DNA of 64,000 nucleotides, taken from the NCBI GenBank assembly GCA_034780895.1, contig JAUZTB010000098.1, forward strand, positions 30,714,429 to 30,778,428. Reading direction: 5' to 3'. Under the pieces are notes generated by a model. The model was not told where the DNA came from and ran no database searches. It was given only the letters and a program-made list of their open reading frames with translations. The translations under genes and the position numbers were made by a program. Below, in pieces: positions 11,113-24,339 of the stretch; position 1 is the first letter of the stretch; every line of letters begins with the position of its first letter. The DNA comes from Rhynchobatus australiae. Taxonomy: Eukaryota.

Positions 11113-13599
11113 GAATGTGGTGGGCAGCATAGATAATGAAACATTTTCATCATCATATCATTTCTTTTTCCGTTTTTTTAAATTAACATGTTGCGCCAAT
11201 ATTGTTTTGACTTACTTTCCCTATCAAAGCAAAATGCTACAAACCAACTGAGATACTAATAGCACTTTCCGGTATAGTCACTTGCCTTCAAGAAATGGCT
11301 GCGTAGTATTATTTCCCGTAAATCCAACCATTTAACATTCGCAGAAATTCTAAACTTTACAGTTTGGGGAAAAAGAAAATTATTTTCTACCGTTCTGCCA
11401 TTTATTTATGTTAACTTTATCATTTAAACACCTGGAACATATTCTTCAAAAGAGCAACATTACGGTCGGAGCCTTCAACTAAATCATAAATTCGGTTCCT
11501 GACCTATCACTTACAAGAAGAAATCAACTTAAAACGCCGATTATTGAAATCGTGTTTCAAGCAGATGAAGAACATTGGTGTATCCTTGCGTTTGAAAACA
11601 AAAATATTATTACTGCAAACGTGTTATTTTAAATTGCATAGTAAATGGGTGGAGGTAACATAACCAAAGGGATAACCTGATACTTTAAAACAACATTCAT
11701 TGATGTTCCGTTGATACAAAGGCTCGTTCGAGTTGGTCGATTGATTGTCCATTGTACTCTTTTACAGAAATAACGTTTTGGAAAGGAGTGATCTCCTCAT
11801 ATTTCCGAAATCTAACATTATGCAGCTATATATGTAATCACCTATCCTCATAGCAGATGTCCTACTGCCGAGCAGAGAAGAAGAAAACAAATTAGCCTCA
11901 TGAAGAACATTGTTTGCAAATCAAATACCAAATTTAGGTGCCCGAGAGTTTGCTATCTGACTCGTCCTTTCTTTAAGCCTCGTCTTCTGCCTCCGACCAC
12001 GCAGAGGAGCAGGACGTTTAAGGGATGGGACGCTTCAGATGACCTGCAGCTGGGATATGAAACTACAGGTAAAATGGAGCTGAAATCTTAAAAAAAAACA
12101 ATCTCACTTGGATTAAAAGTGACGTTTATAGCTACGTCTTTCTGTGCACGTTCTTACGTATTTTTGGAGCGCCACTTTTTTCTAAGCTTGTGCGCTGTTT
12201 CTACGTTTCCTGTTCGCCACTATTTATCCGATACTGTATTCGTTCTTCCTTCTATTATAATAATGATCGCACAAATCAATTTAAATACGAATAGGCGACG
12301 CAGTGTACAACCAGTCAGGTCATTATGCAGCGTTAATGAAGCGGAAAGTTTTACTGAATCATCTTTAGGGTCTCGGGCGTGGGAGGAGACTAGTGGGCGA
12401 CGGGAAGGTGAGATGGGGGTTCATTGATTTTTATTTCTCGCACCAGGGACAGCTCTGTTGGCCTGTATATTAAGATAAAGAAGTGTCACGATGATACAGA
12501 ATAGGCCGTACTGACGTCCTTGAGTCCGTCTTTATTTCCGACTAAGCAAGGGATGCTTAGTAATGCAAGTATAATGTTGAATTTAGCTAGGAACAATAAG
12601 GCAAATAAATTTCTATTTCGCTTAGAACAGATTTTTTTTATTAATTCAGCGTGAGTCACGAAGGTTTCAGAGATAACTTCAATCGTAGGGCTCATTCACA
12701 ATGGCACAACTTACTAGCAAAATGACCTACCCTGAGCTGTAAACTAACAATAAATATGAAATCAAAACAACTCACAGAGTGAAGAGAATCGCTGTTTTTT
12801 TTGTTTCAAGGTTGTTTGTTTTGTCCTTAGATGCCCACTTCGAAACAAAGTTACAATATAATTTAATTTCACATGTTGAAAAAAGAAAGCAGTGTGATCA
12901 TATTTATATTTGCCCGTCGGGCTGGATTTTCCTACTGCACATNNNNNACCGCCCACGAAGCGATGGCAGCTGTGATTATCGTTGAATATATTTGATGAGA
13001 GTTTTAAAAAATCCCCGATTGCTAGCTCGAAATTGTGAGATTTTCCGATTTGTCGGTTCCCAGCCCCGTGGCTACAAATGTTTATAAAATCCAGTCCTTC
13101 GTCACGTGGTGCATCTTTGGAGCGGAATGCACCTAATGCTAAGGAAGGTTTAGCTAATTTCTGAAAATAAATAGATCCGGTTAATAGCACCTAACTCAAC
13201 TGGTTTCCATTCGTTCGGCCGATAACGCAGTTCAGTTCACTAGAATCTGTTATTGGAAAGATCACAGTAACCATGACTGAAAGCATCCAGGTTGTACCGC
13301 CGGCAATATTGAACGGGTACTGATTATAATATAATTTTCTCAGTGCAGTAATGCTGCGTATTTTGAGGCCCTTTGAAGCATTGTGCGTATTTAACAATGA
13401 GATGAAATGAAAATGACATAGCGATATTTGTATGACTCATTGGCTCCAGCCTCCACATTATGCTCAACCGTAGCGGGACGGTGTTGTGGGCCCAATGCTT
13501 GCTACACTTGCCAGATAATAATCATTGTATTATAAAATAGTTCAATGGACGGGAAGCATATTCAAACTGATAATTAGTACCTGGTTGTAAGTCTTTGTT

Positions 13600-13865
13600 T
13601 AATGGACTCACACCCGAAATGTTTACTGTTTCTCTTTCCACAGATGCTGCTTGACTTTCTGGGTGTTTCCAGCATTTTCTGTTTTTATTTGTTAATCTCC
13701 AACTCAACTGATATCAGTTGAGAATTTCGAATAGGCGTAAGGCCAAGTAATAAAATAACCAGAAAAATCTCTTTGAAATGAATACAATCAAGCAGAAATA
13801 AAGCCATAATATGCAGTGGGCCGAAGGGCCTATCTCCGTGCTGTATGACTCTGTGACTCTTAATG
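13600..13865. mobile_element. Short Penelope-like terminal remnant plus CR1 3' tail
   Basis: acagatgctgcttgactttctgggtgtttccagcattttctgttttt (~13640-13690); gggccgaagggcctatctccgtgctgtatgactctgtgactct (~13818-13860) is a typical CR1 3' terminus. Confidence 0.6.
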
Positions 13866-16800
13866 CACCATGCATAGATTACAAACACCGTAGATTCTGA
13901 TCGAAGCTTTAAATAGTTCGTCCCATCCTATTTCAGGATGAATTTTAAAGGACCAGACCGGAAAACTGAAGTTCCAAGTATGGATTGCTCTCGTGATTTT
14001 CGTCCTGCGAGAGATACCTGTCTGACTCCCCATTCCTTCCAATTAACGCAAATGAGCCAATTTCTTCATGGCATAATCTAGTAAAAGAACTGTTGCAAAA
14101 TACAGTTGGCAATTCAAATTTCGGTTGCGTTACGACATTCCTTCGCTGCCAAGCGTCAGCACCTATCATGTGGATGATCCTATTCTCATTGGCTTTGTTT
14201 ACCATAACAGGAAAGACCAGGACAATGTGGACTTCACATCGTATTATTTTGATCTTAATTGTATAAATATCTGGAAATAGAATATGTTCCACACTTCTTA
14301 AAATCGGTCTCATTCCAGTTTGTTGTTTTACAGCAATAGTCCTGGAGCTTCAATCCCATCATACAAATTCCAGCAGGCTAGGGGGTTCCGGAATTGGGCG
14401 GGAAGTCCGGCACATCATACTTCTTCTCTTGGCTTGAGAGGACACATTCCTGGCGGCAGATATTCCGCTTTAGGATACATATCCATGCAGAAGTGGGAGA
14501 ATAACCACAAAATGCATTTATGATGTTAGGAAAGAGCAGAAAGGAATCAAATATTCGTTTTCTATTTTTTCACGGCTAGTAGAGAGTAGTATACACCAGT
14601 GATCCTTTATCCTGGGTGTAGGAATCCCTTTGGGTTTAATGGGGGGATGGGTAGGTTGAAGGGACAAAGATTAGAGGAGGTATTTATTCACTGAGGTAAC
14701 TTAAAATTGGGGGTATGAAGTACTGGCCCCAGCGGAGAACATCCTAACCCGCTGGAATTTATAAGGTTATCTCATGGGACTCGAGCTTCAAGGCTTATTG
14801 ATGAAATAAATAAAATATGCACTTGGCACTCTAGCTGTCTCCCTCCTATAGCTGCTTGCAGTCGCCGGAAGTTCCGAGACAGTCTTTATTTAAAATGAGC
14901 AGTGCGTCACGTCGTCAATTGTTCGGCCTGATGGGCACAGAGTGTGAACTCTGCTACCGTAAAATAGACGAACATTTTATTTCAATTCTAACTTTAAAAC
15001 AGAAACTATTATTACACCCAAATTTCCGGACTTTCTGATGTGAATATAAAGCAGGTTCACGCACAATACCTGTTTTTATTTACTTTCATTATTCTTTTAA
15101 AAATGGTAAAATGAATTCTATTTATGAGTCACCAGTTAAGAAAACCGAAAATAATCCAAATCAACATATTTTGTTTCCGGTTTTAAATTGTTCCATTCTC
15201 CTATTTTCCCCTTCCCCGCAACTGAAAAGGCGAAAAGCCATCTTTCATTGCTTTACTGACTAACCAACGAATAATAGATGCGATGTGAGAATAATTACCG
15301 CATCATGCGGCAACCCCCTTCAATTGGGCTCATGTGTCGCCCAACATTGGAAATTCACCTTCAGTGGAATTACTATCGGAAATGCTATTATTTTAACTGC
15401 CCGTAAAAATGAAAAAAAGAAAATGAATGGTTCATTCTACATTCAATGCATCCCTTCATGCCGTAATTAAGCCTTGACTGTCCCGGGTTGCACAACGAAC
15501 CTATCCAGTTTGCTGTGTATAATAACTAAATCATGTATCAGTTTTCAGGGCTCCTTAATGATTGGTTGAAATAATTTGTCTGAATGAAATAGATGCAAGG
15601 ATGCCAGGTATCTGACTCCAACTCCACACATATCTATTATATATGTACGTGCGCTATGATTAAGTGCTTGGAAACAGTCAAGCCAGCTAAAAGTGAAAAT
15701 GAGCGACCTTTCGCATCACCAAAGGCTAATTTAATTTATGGTAGATTTAGAAAATGAACATTCATGTCTGGAAGATGCCAATCACCTACATTTTGCATAT
15801 GTGCAAATACATCATATCTGATGGTTGTAGATGTAGGAAGAAAAAACAATGTTCCTGATGAGGATTATATCTGCCACACTAACTTTTTCTGTTCCTCTAT
15901 TTGTTTCGAATAATCTTCAAGTGGTTCCAAAGTTTTCTATTTTTGTTTCATTTGCAGTTTTATTTTAACTTTGCTTTTGCATTATTTCTGTTTATACGTT
16001 TAGGCAAAGGTCATCGGTCTTTCAGACAGTGCGGGATACGGGTGGCGAAACGGGGTCAGCTTTACGTAGGACGTGCNNNNNNNNNNCTAGAGGTATCATT
16101 AAGAACTTTGCATTCCTGACATCTGATGGAAGGGAATGAAATGGAGGAAGTATCATGGATCAGTACAGCTTTCTCAATAGCATTTTAGATGATAATGCAA
16201 GCCCTTTTGGTCATTAAACATGACGCATATTCTGCAAGTGAAACTTGATCTTTTTGAGAGGGCCCCAGAAGTAAAATCACGCAGAGACTTGAAAGGCAAT
16301 TGTTGGAATGCTGACTCTGCATTCGAGTGCTGAAGAACTACAACAAAGCTACCGATACGCGGCGGGTAGCGGAGAGTAAAGGGGCATCAGCCACATACAG
16401 TCAAAATTAGTGGCTAAAATCAAGTCTTTTAAATTATGATTACTTTATATGTATAAATCTTTCTTGGCAATTTGTTGGCTCAAATATAAAACCAGAAGGA
16501 AAATAAAAATACTAGAAATGGAAACTTTCTAAGTATTGCCAAAAAAATTACATCCTTGGGAGAATGGGTTGGATGCCATCTCAACTCTAAATGATCTACC
16601 TTTAATTTCCTTTCTTTAAATATAGCTACAACAAAATATCCTGCAGGAACATTGTGTACTGTCAAACGAATGTGTTTTGCCATCACTAAGTTTATAAACA
16701 ATGCATTCTATAAATCCTGCGGCTGATGTCGTTTGCGCAGGCTGTACTGTAGGCACGGTCTGAAGTTTACAGCGGCCTTAAGCTACTTTTCTGAACAAAA

Positions 16801-19169
16801 ATAGACCAACAAACCACACTGCCTGTCACCCAAAGATGTTGCTACCTCTTGTTTAAGAGACTACTGTCAATTAATCAGCGACATATGAACAGGGAATGTA
16901 CTATAATATCCTCACACACGTAATTATGCTGCATTGTAATCTGGATAACTGATGTCATTAAACTGTGTGAAAAATAAAAATATGTAAAATGTCAAGTTTG
17001 GCACTTGATACTTAAAATAGAACAAAAACTTTAATGTGCATACATGTCTCCATAGACGTCGCGGTTGTCTGGAATGTGAAAGAAAATTTATTAGATATAA
17101 CTAATATACTTCTGTTAAATAGATCCACAAATCATTGTGATTGCACGTAAGTGTTTCAAACATAATATGGGGTATCAGCAATCTATGATTTCTGCGCTTT
17201 GTGTTGTAAAACTATGCCATTGGTTCACGAGAACTGCTATATTTANNNNNNNNNNNNNNNNNNNNNNNNNNNNNNNNNNNNNNNNNNNNNNNNNNNNNNN
17301 NNNNNNNNNNNNNNNNNNNCTGCTGGTTTTATGGCGTTTGTTCTATTCAGATGCGACGTTTGAGTGAAATTCTTATCAAAGCAATGTCATGTCTAATTTA
17401 AGATGGATTGCATTTGTTTCGTGATAGCACATAAATAACATGCAAAAAGCTACGTAGAACATACTTTCTTCAATATTGTAAATTACCAGCTAATAGTATA
17501 TGAATTCGTCACAATTATAGGACAAACATTTTTATGAATACATGAACCGTGCTGTATTGAATATCTAAATATAAAGTGGCAGCATGTGTATAGCGGTGAG
17601 ATGAATATTTTTGGGGTTTAGCATTATTTCGTGGCAGATCTAGTAACACCCAAATGTTTGGTAGTGATAATGACAGGTTTGTGATTTTGTTTGAAATCTG
17701 GTATGTGTTACTTGAGCTTACGAGTTACACTTGACACTGTTTTCATAATAGTCTAACGTAAACTTTGCAGCAGCATCAAATAATCACGTGCGTACAAGCT
17801 AAAGGCTGGTACAAATGTGCTGATTGCCCTGAATCTCCAAATCAATTGGAAAAATAACGACAATGAGATATTTCAGCGATATTCGAATGACAGTCAAGTT
17901 TGAAACAAACTAAGTTGCAGACTTCACTTACATTCTGTTTATGTGTAGTAACCAACTTAATAAATCCTAACGTTAAAATCTGTACGGGAAACCTCCAGCA
18001 TTTCGAACAACGTTCGGAAAACGTACTGAACGTCATTTGTAAAGCAGTAATACAGTTTTGGCGATATGTGATCTTCGCTAGCTCAGATAGTCACAGAAAA
18101 TAGAATGCAGAATCTAAAACGTGATTGTAGTTTTATAAACGTTTAAATGCCGTTGTGTTTTTAACAAACATGGTATGATTTATTAACATCAATGAGGTTT
18201 ATAAAACGATCTTAATTGTTATTTTAAGAAAGATGCCTTATTCAATTTACATGTTTTTCCTGGGTACATCTAAATACTAAACCTGGACAAATTTGTTGTT
18301 TTGTAGTCAGAAGAATCATATTTCTGAATGAAATGCTGGACAACCAGACGACGAGGCTAAAAGAAAAAAAACTCGCATGGACTTGCAATTCCAATTTCCA
18401 TTACTAATACCAGCTAAAGAGGAATCTAGAAATTATATTCAAATTTAATTTCAATGAAACTGATTTATACTTTAGGCCAAGTGAGTGGTTAACCTTGGCA
18501 CCAGTCTGTTCATCCGGCGTACAGATAACAACATGGGTGCTTGCTTAGAATTCACAACTAACATTCGGTGGGCATCTGTAAACTTTTGATCTTGGGGTCC
18601 AAATAGGAAGTCAACGCGTATTAACTGTAGTTATGGGCTTCGATGTGAGCATGATAATTGGGTGCCCTTAAAGCTAAATTGCATTCTCTTCCTCTCTCCA
18701 CTCCATAGACACACAATTCAAATATTTTATGTAACGAATAAGAACGCGGATGGGTTTGCACCGTAAATGAATAATTGCATCCTGATACTCCACCAGGATT
18801 GGAGGTGACATTCGACAGTATTGATCCAGTTCGCGTCCTAAAGCCCTTCGCACATTTAGCACGATGTCAGACCGAACCCACCTCGTGCCACCGCAAATGT
18901 AACCCTGAGTATTGCCAATTTTCACACTTCCCCAGTTTCTAAAATTGCAGCGATGTTATTCAAATGCTTCCTTCTCTAATACTGGCCTCGAAGTCATTGC
19001 TGTTTTTTTTTCTGAATTCTGTAAGGGAGAAATAAAGGACCACAAGGCACTATTGTGCTGCTAAACTTCAGCATGTGCACGTATTATAGGGAACACTGCG
19101 GCGATCATTGCCGAGAATGTACATTATTGCTTGCAAGTAATTTCGTTTTGATAGCGCCGGTGAACAGAC

Positions 19170-19400
19170 TGGGGCGTGGCTGCCGGCGCTGCAGCGGGGC
19201 CGCGTGCTCTGCCGGCTGGCAGCTGCGGCCGCTGCCCTCTTCGGCGCAGACAGCGAGGCGCGCAGGCGCGTTGCAGCCTTTTTCCAACGCGGCTCCAGCG
19301 CCCGAGCCGGCTGAGGCGCCCGCCAAAAAGGTCACGTGACGAGCGAGCAGTCGCTCTGCGGGCGGCAAAGAGCGGCCTTCCTTTGTCATTAAACAGAGAG
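19170..19400. promoter_or_regulatory. Orphan CpG-island, promoter-like module
   Basis: GC-rich; NRF1-like GCGCAGGCGC (19260-19269), E2F-like CCCGCCAAAA (19319-19328), palindromic E-box GTCACGTGAC (19331-19340). Confidence 0.55.
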
Positions 19401-21334
19401 GGAAACGTGTAGGTGCAACATTAGTCCGACTGCCCGTGCATTAAACGAACAATCCTGCAGGTTTATTTCATACATAGATAATGCAAACGGTTTGAAGGAC
19501 ATTAAAACCATTTACACAAGCCGACTGGTTCTCATCATATGTTTATAACACTGAGGCAGACTATTGAGCTCCAATGTTGATTTCCAACGCCAAATACTCG
19601 CATGCCATTTAAATCAAATCCTTTCTACCTCAAGAAGTTCAACTGGAAAACTGCTACGAAATGCAAAGGAGAGAAATAGCTGCCACTATCTGAAAAATGT
19701 CTCACACAAACGGTGGTACGTTATTACTAACCGTTCACTAAGCCCTGTACACATCACAAAAAGAAACAGCTTGTTTTTCGAGAAAAGGAAATCCGCTCGT
19801 TGAGCAAAGAGCTAAAAAAGAGCCTGCAGGAGACGAGAACGTTACCCACCACTGATAACGGAAACAGGAAGCAGCTATCTGATTAAAACATTTGCTTACA
19901 ATTTGGATGGATTATGTCTAAGGTGCTCAGATAACGCTTTTATATTTTTGTTAGCGTCGCAATGACAACGAACTTATTATCACATTTTCAGTTTACTTAT
20001 GAAACCCGAACAAAAACAAAATCTTCGGTCTTACATAAAAGAGCCGCGCTCTCGGGTCTCTCCAAATGAAAGTACAAACAACACTCGATTTTCAAGTGGA
20101 GCCTCCATTACCATCATTTTTATTGACGTACAGCATCACTTGTCGGATATTGTCGGCTTTAAAGACACTGCAAAGTCACTACTTTTTTTGCACGAACATA
20201 GATTGCAACGATCATGATATAGTTACAGCCGGTTCTGAAAGGTGCGCCATGGCCATGAAGGTTTTCAGGACATGCCACCGAGGTTACATTTCAGCCTATG
20301 GCTTAGGATGGCTTTTCCGGTGCGGTTAGCTGAAGAACCCCTGAGATAGGAACAACCTGTTGGGACACACCTGCAAAGTTGCTCCTTTTGTACACCAAGA
20401 AGCTACAGACTTTATAGTCTATTCCCCCAGGGAAAGTGCGTATCAATTACAACATTAACGGAATAACATAAAAAATGCTGACCTGTGATACATTTTGAGT
20501 GGGAAGCCAATTGGCCCGATACCCACCGGTTGTGAGTTTGAGGGTGAGATCCAAGGACTATCTTGGTTAAATTTTGTCTGGTTGCCTTTGCTGATGTTAG
20601 TGGGGCCCGAGAATCAGTGCCTTTCTGCGCTCGCCTGCGCCTCTGCACCTCGAATTTCAGGTCCGACCATTGACCCTGCCTTCCAATTCGCCCATCAATT
20701 TATACAAGAATGAATACAGAATATTGAATTCACTCAGTTGTGTGAAAATACCTTGAAGATGGGATGAACCTGACACGGTTGGTAGGGATTATTTAAGAAA
20801 AATTAGAAAGCAAATTACTTATTTTATCTGATCTGCTTAATGTGTTAAACATGAAAAGCAAGTACGGGATGCTCCAATTGTGATAACAATAACTTACCGC
20901 AGTGTTATTTCAAATATATTAATTATGTGATCATTTTCATTTCCTTTACTGAGACATTGCTAACGTTACATTCAATGCGATGCATTATATTCCCTCTGTG
21001 AATAAAGTTAAAGGATTTTTACTGTCTTCTTAAGAAATAAATTGTAAAAATACATANNNNNNNNNNNNNNNNNNNNNNNNNNNNNNNNNNNNNNNNNCAA
21101 TCCCAATCAGTACATTAATTTGACTCTTCCGAACAGTTCTTTAATATTTCTTTGTGTAAAAGTATTATGATTCCACACAATTGCTGGAATTGGCTGTTTT
21201 GGAGATAGTTTTTTTGTACTATTGTGCAAATGAAGTGGACTTTGAAAAGTTAAACTTAATTCATAAATCAACAAAATGCTGTAAAAAAAACTAGTTGGAG
21301 GTTTTCAAGTACGAGAGGATAGTATATCGTTAAA

Positions 21335-21680
21335 ATATCAGACTTGTAATCCAGAGGCCGGGATAAATGATCTGGGGACATGAGTTCAAATCTCGTCAAA
21401 GCCCTCGGGTAATTTAAATTATGTTAATTAAAGGTATTCTGAAATGAAATGCTAGTAGAAATTAGGATCACCATGAAACTACCCGATTGTTGCAAAGTCC
21501 ACAGATTGCTCACTTGTCTTCCTAGGGAAGACATTTCTCTTTCTTACCTGGTCTGGCCTACGTTTGACTCCAGATCCACTTGAATGGCTCTTAACTTCCT
21601 TTGAGCAAGCCATTTAGTTCAACTGCAATTAAGGATTAGCATTAATTGCTGATCCTGCTAGCGACATCGGTAAATGAAAG
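21335..21680 (+). mobile_element. tRNA-derived SINE with L2-type tail (common chondrichthyan family)
   Basis: gtaatccagaggcc...ggggacatgagttcaaatc (B-box-like head), ccatgaaactacccgattg, ccttacctggtctggcctacgtttgactccagatccac, gcaattaagga...tgctgatcctgctagcgac. Confidence 0.6.
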
Positions 21681-22259
21681 AGAACAAACAATACGTTATT
21701 CGGCCCGTTAATATAATACATTGCAGTAACCACCGAATACACTTATACATTACTAATCAATATCAAAACCGACATTAGGCTGGTATATTCATATTTTGTT
21801 TGGCTCATTCCAGCCATCTTTTTGCCAACTGTTTGCAATTGTGAATGTTCGATTAATGAATTTATTGTTCTGATTAACCATAACTAGAACTTTTTTTAAA
21901 GTATTAAATGTCACATTGTGTTTTCTTGATTTTGTAGGGAGTAAAAACTAAGGAAATCCACAAATATAACTTATACAAATCCTGTTTTAAAATTTGCAAA
22001 TAAAAGAGGGAGTACCATAAGGTATATGCGTTCAGGTTTGTCTAATTTACAACATCTTCGGAACTACAATAGTTCACATGGAAACTTGTATGGTGCGATC
22101 TCTTTTTATAATGCAACCTTTTCATAAGATGAGTCATAAAGAATAGAAATGACATATTTTAGAAACTTTTGAAAGTTGTTGAGAGGGATGTGGGTAAAAA
22201 TTCTTTCATAAGGTCATTGAGGAGCCTTTTTTTTTCATTTTCTCTGCATTGCAATATTC

Positions 22260-22470
22260 GGTACAGGGTTGGTGTCTCAAACGTGCTGCCGGGGGAGGTG
22301 GTACAAGCAGATTCGATAGAAGCCTTTAAGAGGCATTTAGGCAGGTACATAAACAGGCAGGGAATTGGGGGACATAGACCTTGTGCAACTAGATAAAATT
22401 AGCATCGTGGTCGGCGCTGACATGGTAGGCCAGAGGGCCTGTTCCCGTGGTGTACTGTTCTATGTGTGAA
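22260..22470 (+). mobile_element. CR1 LINE 3' terminal fragment
   Basis: 'LPGEVVQADSIEAFKRHLGRYINRQGI' (ORF 22169..22396) followed by the ggccagagggcctgttcccgtggtgtactgttctatgt tail. Confidence 0.8.
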
Positions 22471-24339
22471 GTATGAAAGGAAGTTTTTTTTTAAATTTTT
22501 GGAATAATTCATTGGGTTGGGTGGAGGGGCGTTGTCAGCGCTATTGAAAATATTGTTAGCTTCGGGAATGAGAGTATTAAGGCATGTATTCAACCTCTGA
22601 AGATTTTCTTTTGACAATCTCATCCTCGTTGGCTTCAGATGGGCTAAACTACCACTTTGTTAACACCCCAACTTCCACCAAATCAACATGTGAATGTTGT
22701 AAAAGAACTATATCCCAAAACAGCTAAATCAGCGAGAATTTGTTAAGGTATAGGATCGTCTCCTCATCTTATTGTATAATCTCTATGTTTTTGGAGTCAG
22801 CCCATTTTCATGTCACTTCTTCCCTTCGGAAAAGTCATAACATCAACATCCTTTACTACGTAATGCAAATTTATAGAATTTACTCATTTGCTTCCCGTGA
22901 CTTGCACGACATTACTAATCAGGAGAAATGTTCAGACACAGTTTCCTGAAGTATTAGCTTTGATGAAAATGCGCTACATACCTATGCTGAATTGGAAAAT
23001 TTGTGTTGAATTTACAAAATTACAGATTATTATTGGTACTGAAACGTTTCCGCAGTCACAAACATTTTCGGAAGAAATAAGCAACGTAAAGTAAATACTA
23101 AGAACAAATGCAAAATCATTCATTTTAATTGACTTTTAAGAAAACGAAAGCACGAGGTGCGTTGTGCTTTTTTCAATTTAGGACAAAAAGAACCGTATTG
23201 TTTACTTGCCGATTTAGGTATAATATCAGCGAAAGTAGAACAATGCCAAAATACAGATAACATAATTGTCACGTGCTTTCCACACACAAATTTTGACCAC
23301 CTTGAGGAGAAATTATCATCAAGTGTCTGGTGAGTTGGAATTAACTGCAGACCACGATGAAAGGAAGGCTATCTTGGTCAACCATTTATCGACTGAAGGT
23401 AGACTTAAGTAGATGAATGGATGGGCAGTATTACACATTTAAGGCAGAATATATTTACCCACGATTTCTTTCACACCCTGTGCCATCAGAGTTTAAAACT
23501 ACAATATCCTTTGAATCAATGCTCTTGTTGTGGTTTCAGTTTACCAATCAGCGCGTGTTTATTCTGTCAAAGATGACAATTAGAAACTGACCTTAGCCGC
23601 GTTAAATATGAACCTACGAAAATATCTTATGATATGAAATCAGATGTTGCTGAAACTTTCGTTTCCCATCATAAATTAGTTTGTACTGTTATAACAGACC
23701 TCTCAGTGGTTTGGGTTTAAATATAGCATGGCAGAAACAAATGGAAAAGATTTTTTTTTGCAAGAGAATTATGCAATTATAAGCCTGATTTGCACTATGA
23801 CATTCGTCCTGCCAGCAGTGGTAATTCTATAACAGAACATTACTCATTACATAGTCACATCTAACTACTGTGATGGCAGCCACCTTTTAAATTGCCTGAA
23901 ACATTATTGACAGGCCTAGTGTTAATTGTTCTGTGGTGGATCAAATAAAGTAAGCTGTTTTGAAGATTCGATTTTTAAAGACTTGAGAATCGAAACATTT
24001 TAAACAATTCTATTTCTGATTTTCAATCACTATCATTTAATAAAACCAACAGCCACTAAGTCTCTTTTAGTACTCATTAGAAAATTTAAAATCTTAATCT
24101 ATTTTTACACCTTTAGAGTCCTCACCAACATTGTTTTCTGGCAGTGGGTGGGATAGATACCAGGCTCTATGCTGAACAATGACAATGTCAGTGGAAAAAT
24201 TCATTGTGAACAAGTGGCATATTATTTTTTTAAATGTAATTTAAAGTATATTTAATTGTCAATGAACAAGAGAACCTCTGTCCAATTTTAAAAGGTTGCC
24301 AATACTACTTTAGACAGCAGGTTCAATTTAAATGAAAAC

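Noticed and set aside
10851-11251. ORFs with STPLH / VEWSG repeats
   Set aside because: Translations of the (TGGAG)16 microsatellite.
13945-14313. 122-aa minus-strand ORF
   Set aside because: Non-ATG start, no recognisable homology, no convincing splice context.
18674-19412. ORFs around the 19 kb island as a possible hidden gene
   Set aside because: No similarity to any family I recognise; the Ala/Arg/Gly-rich frames simply reflect GC content.
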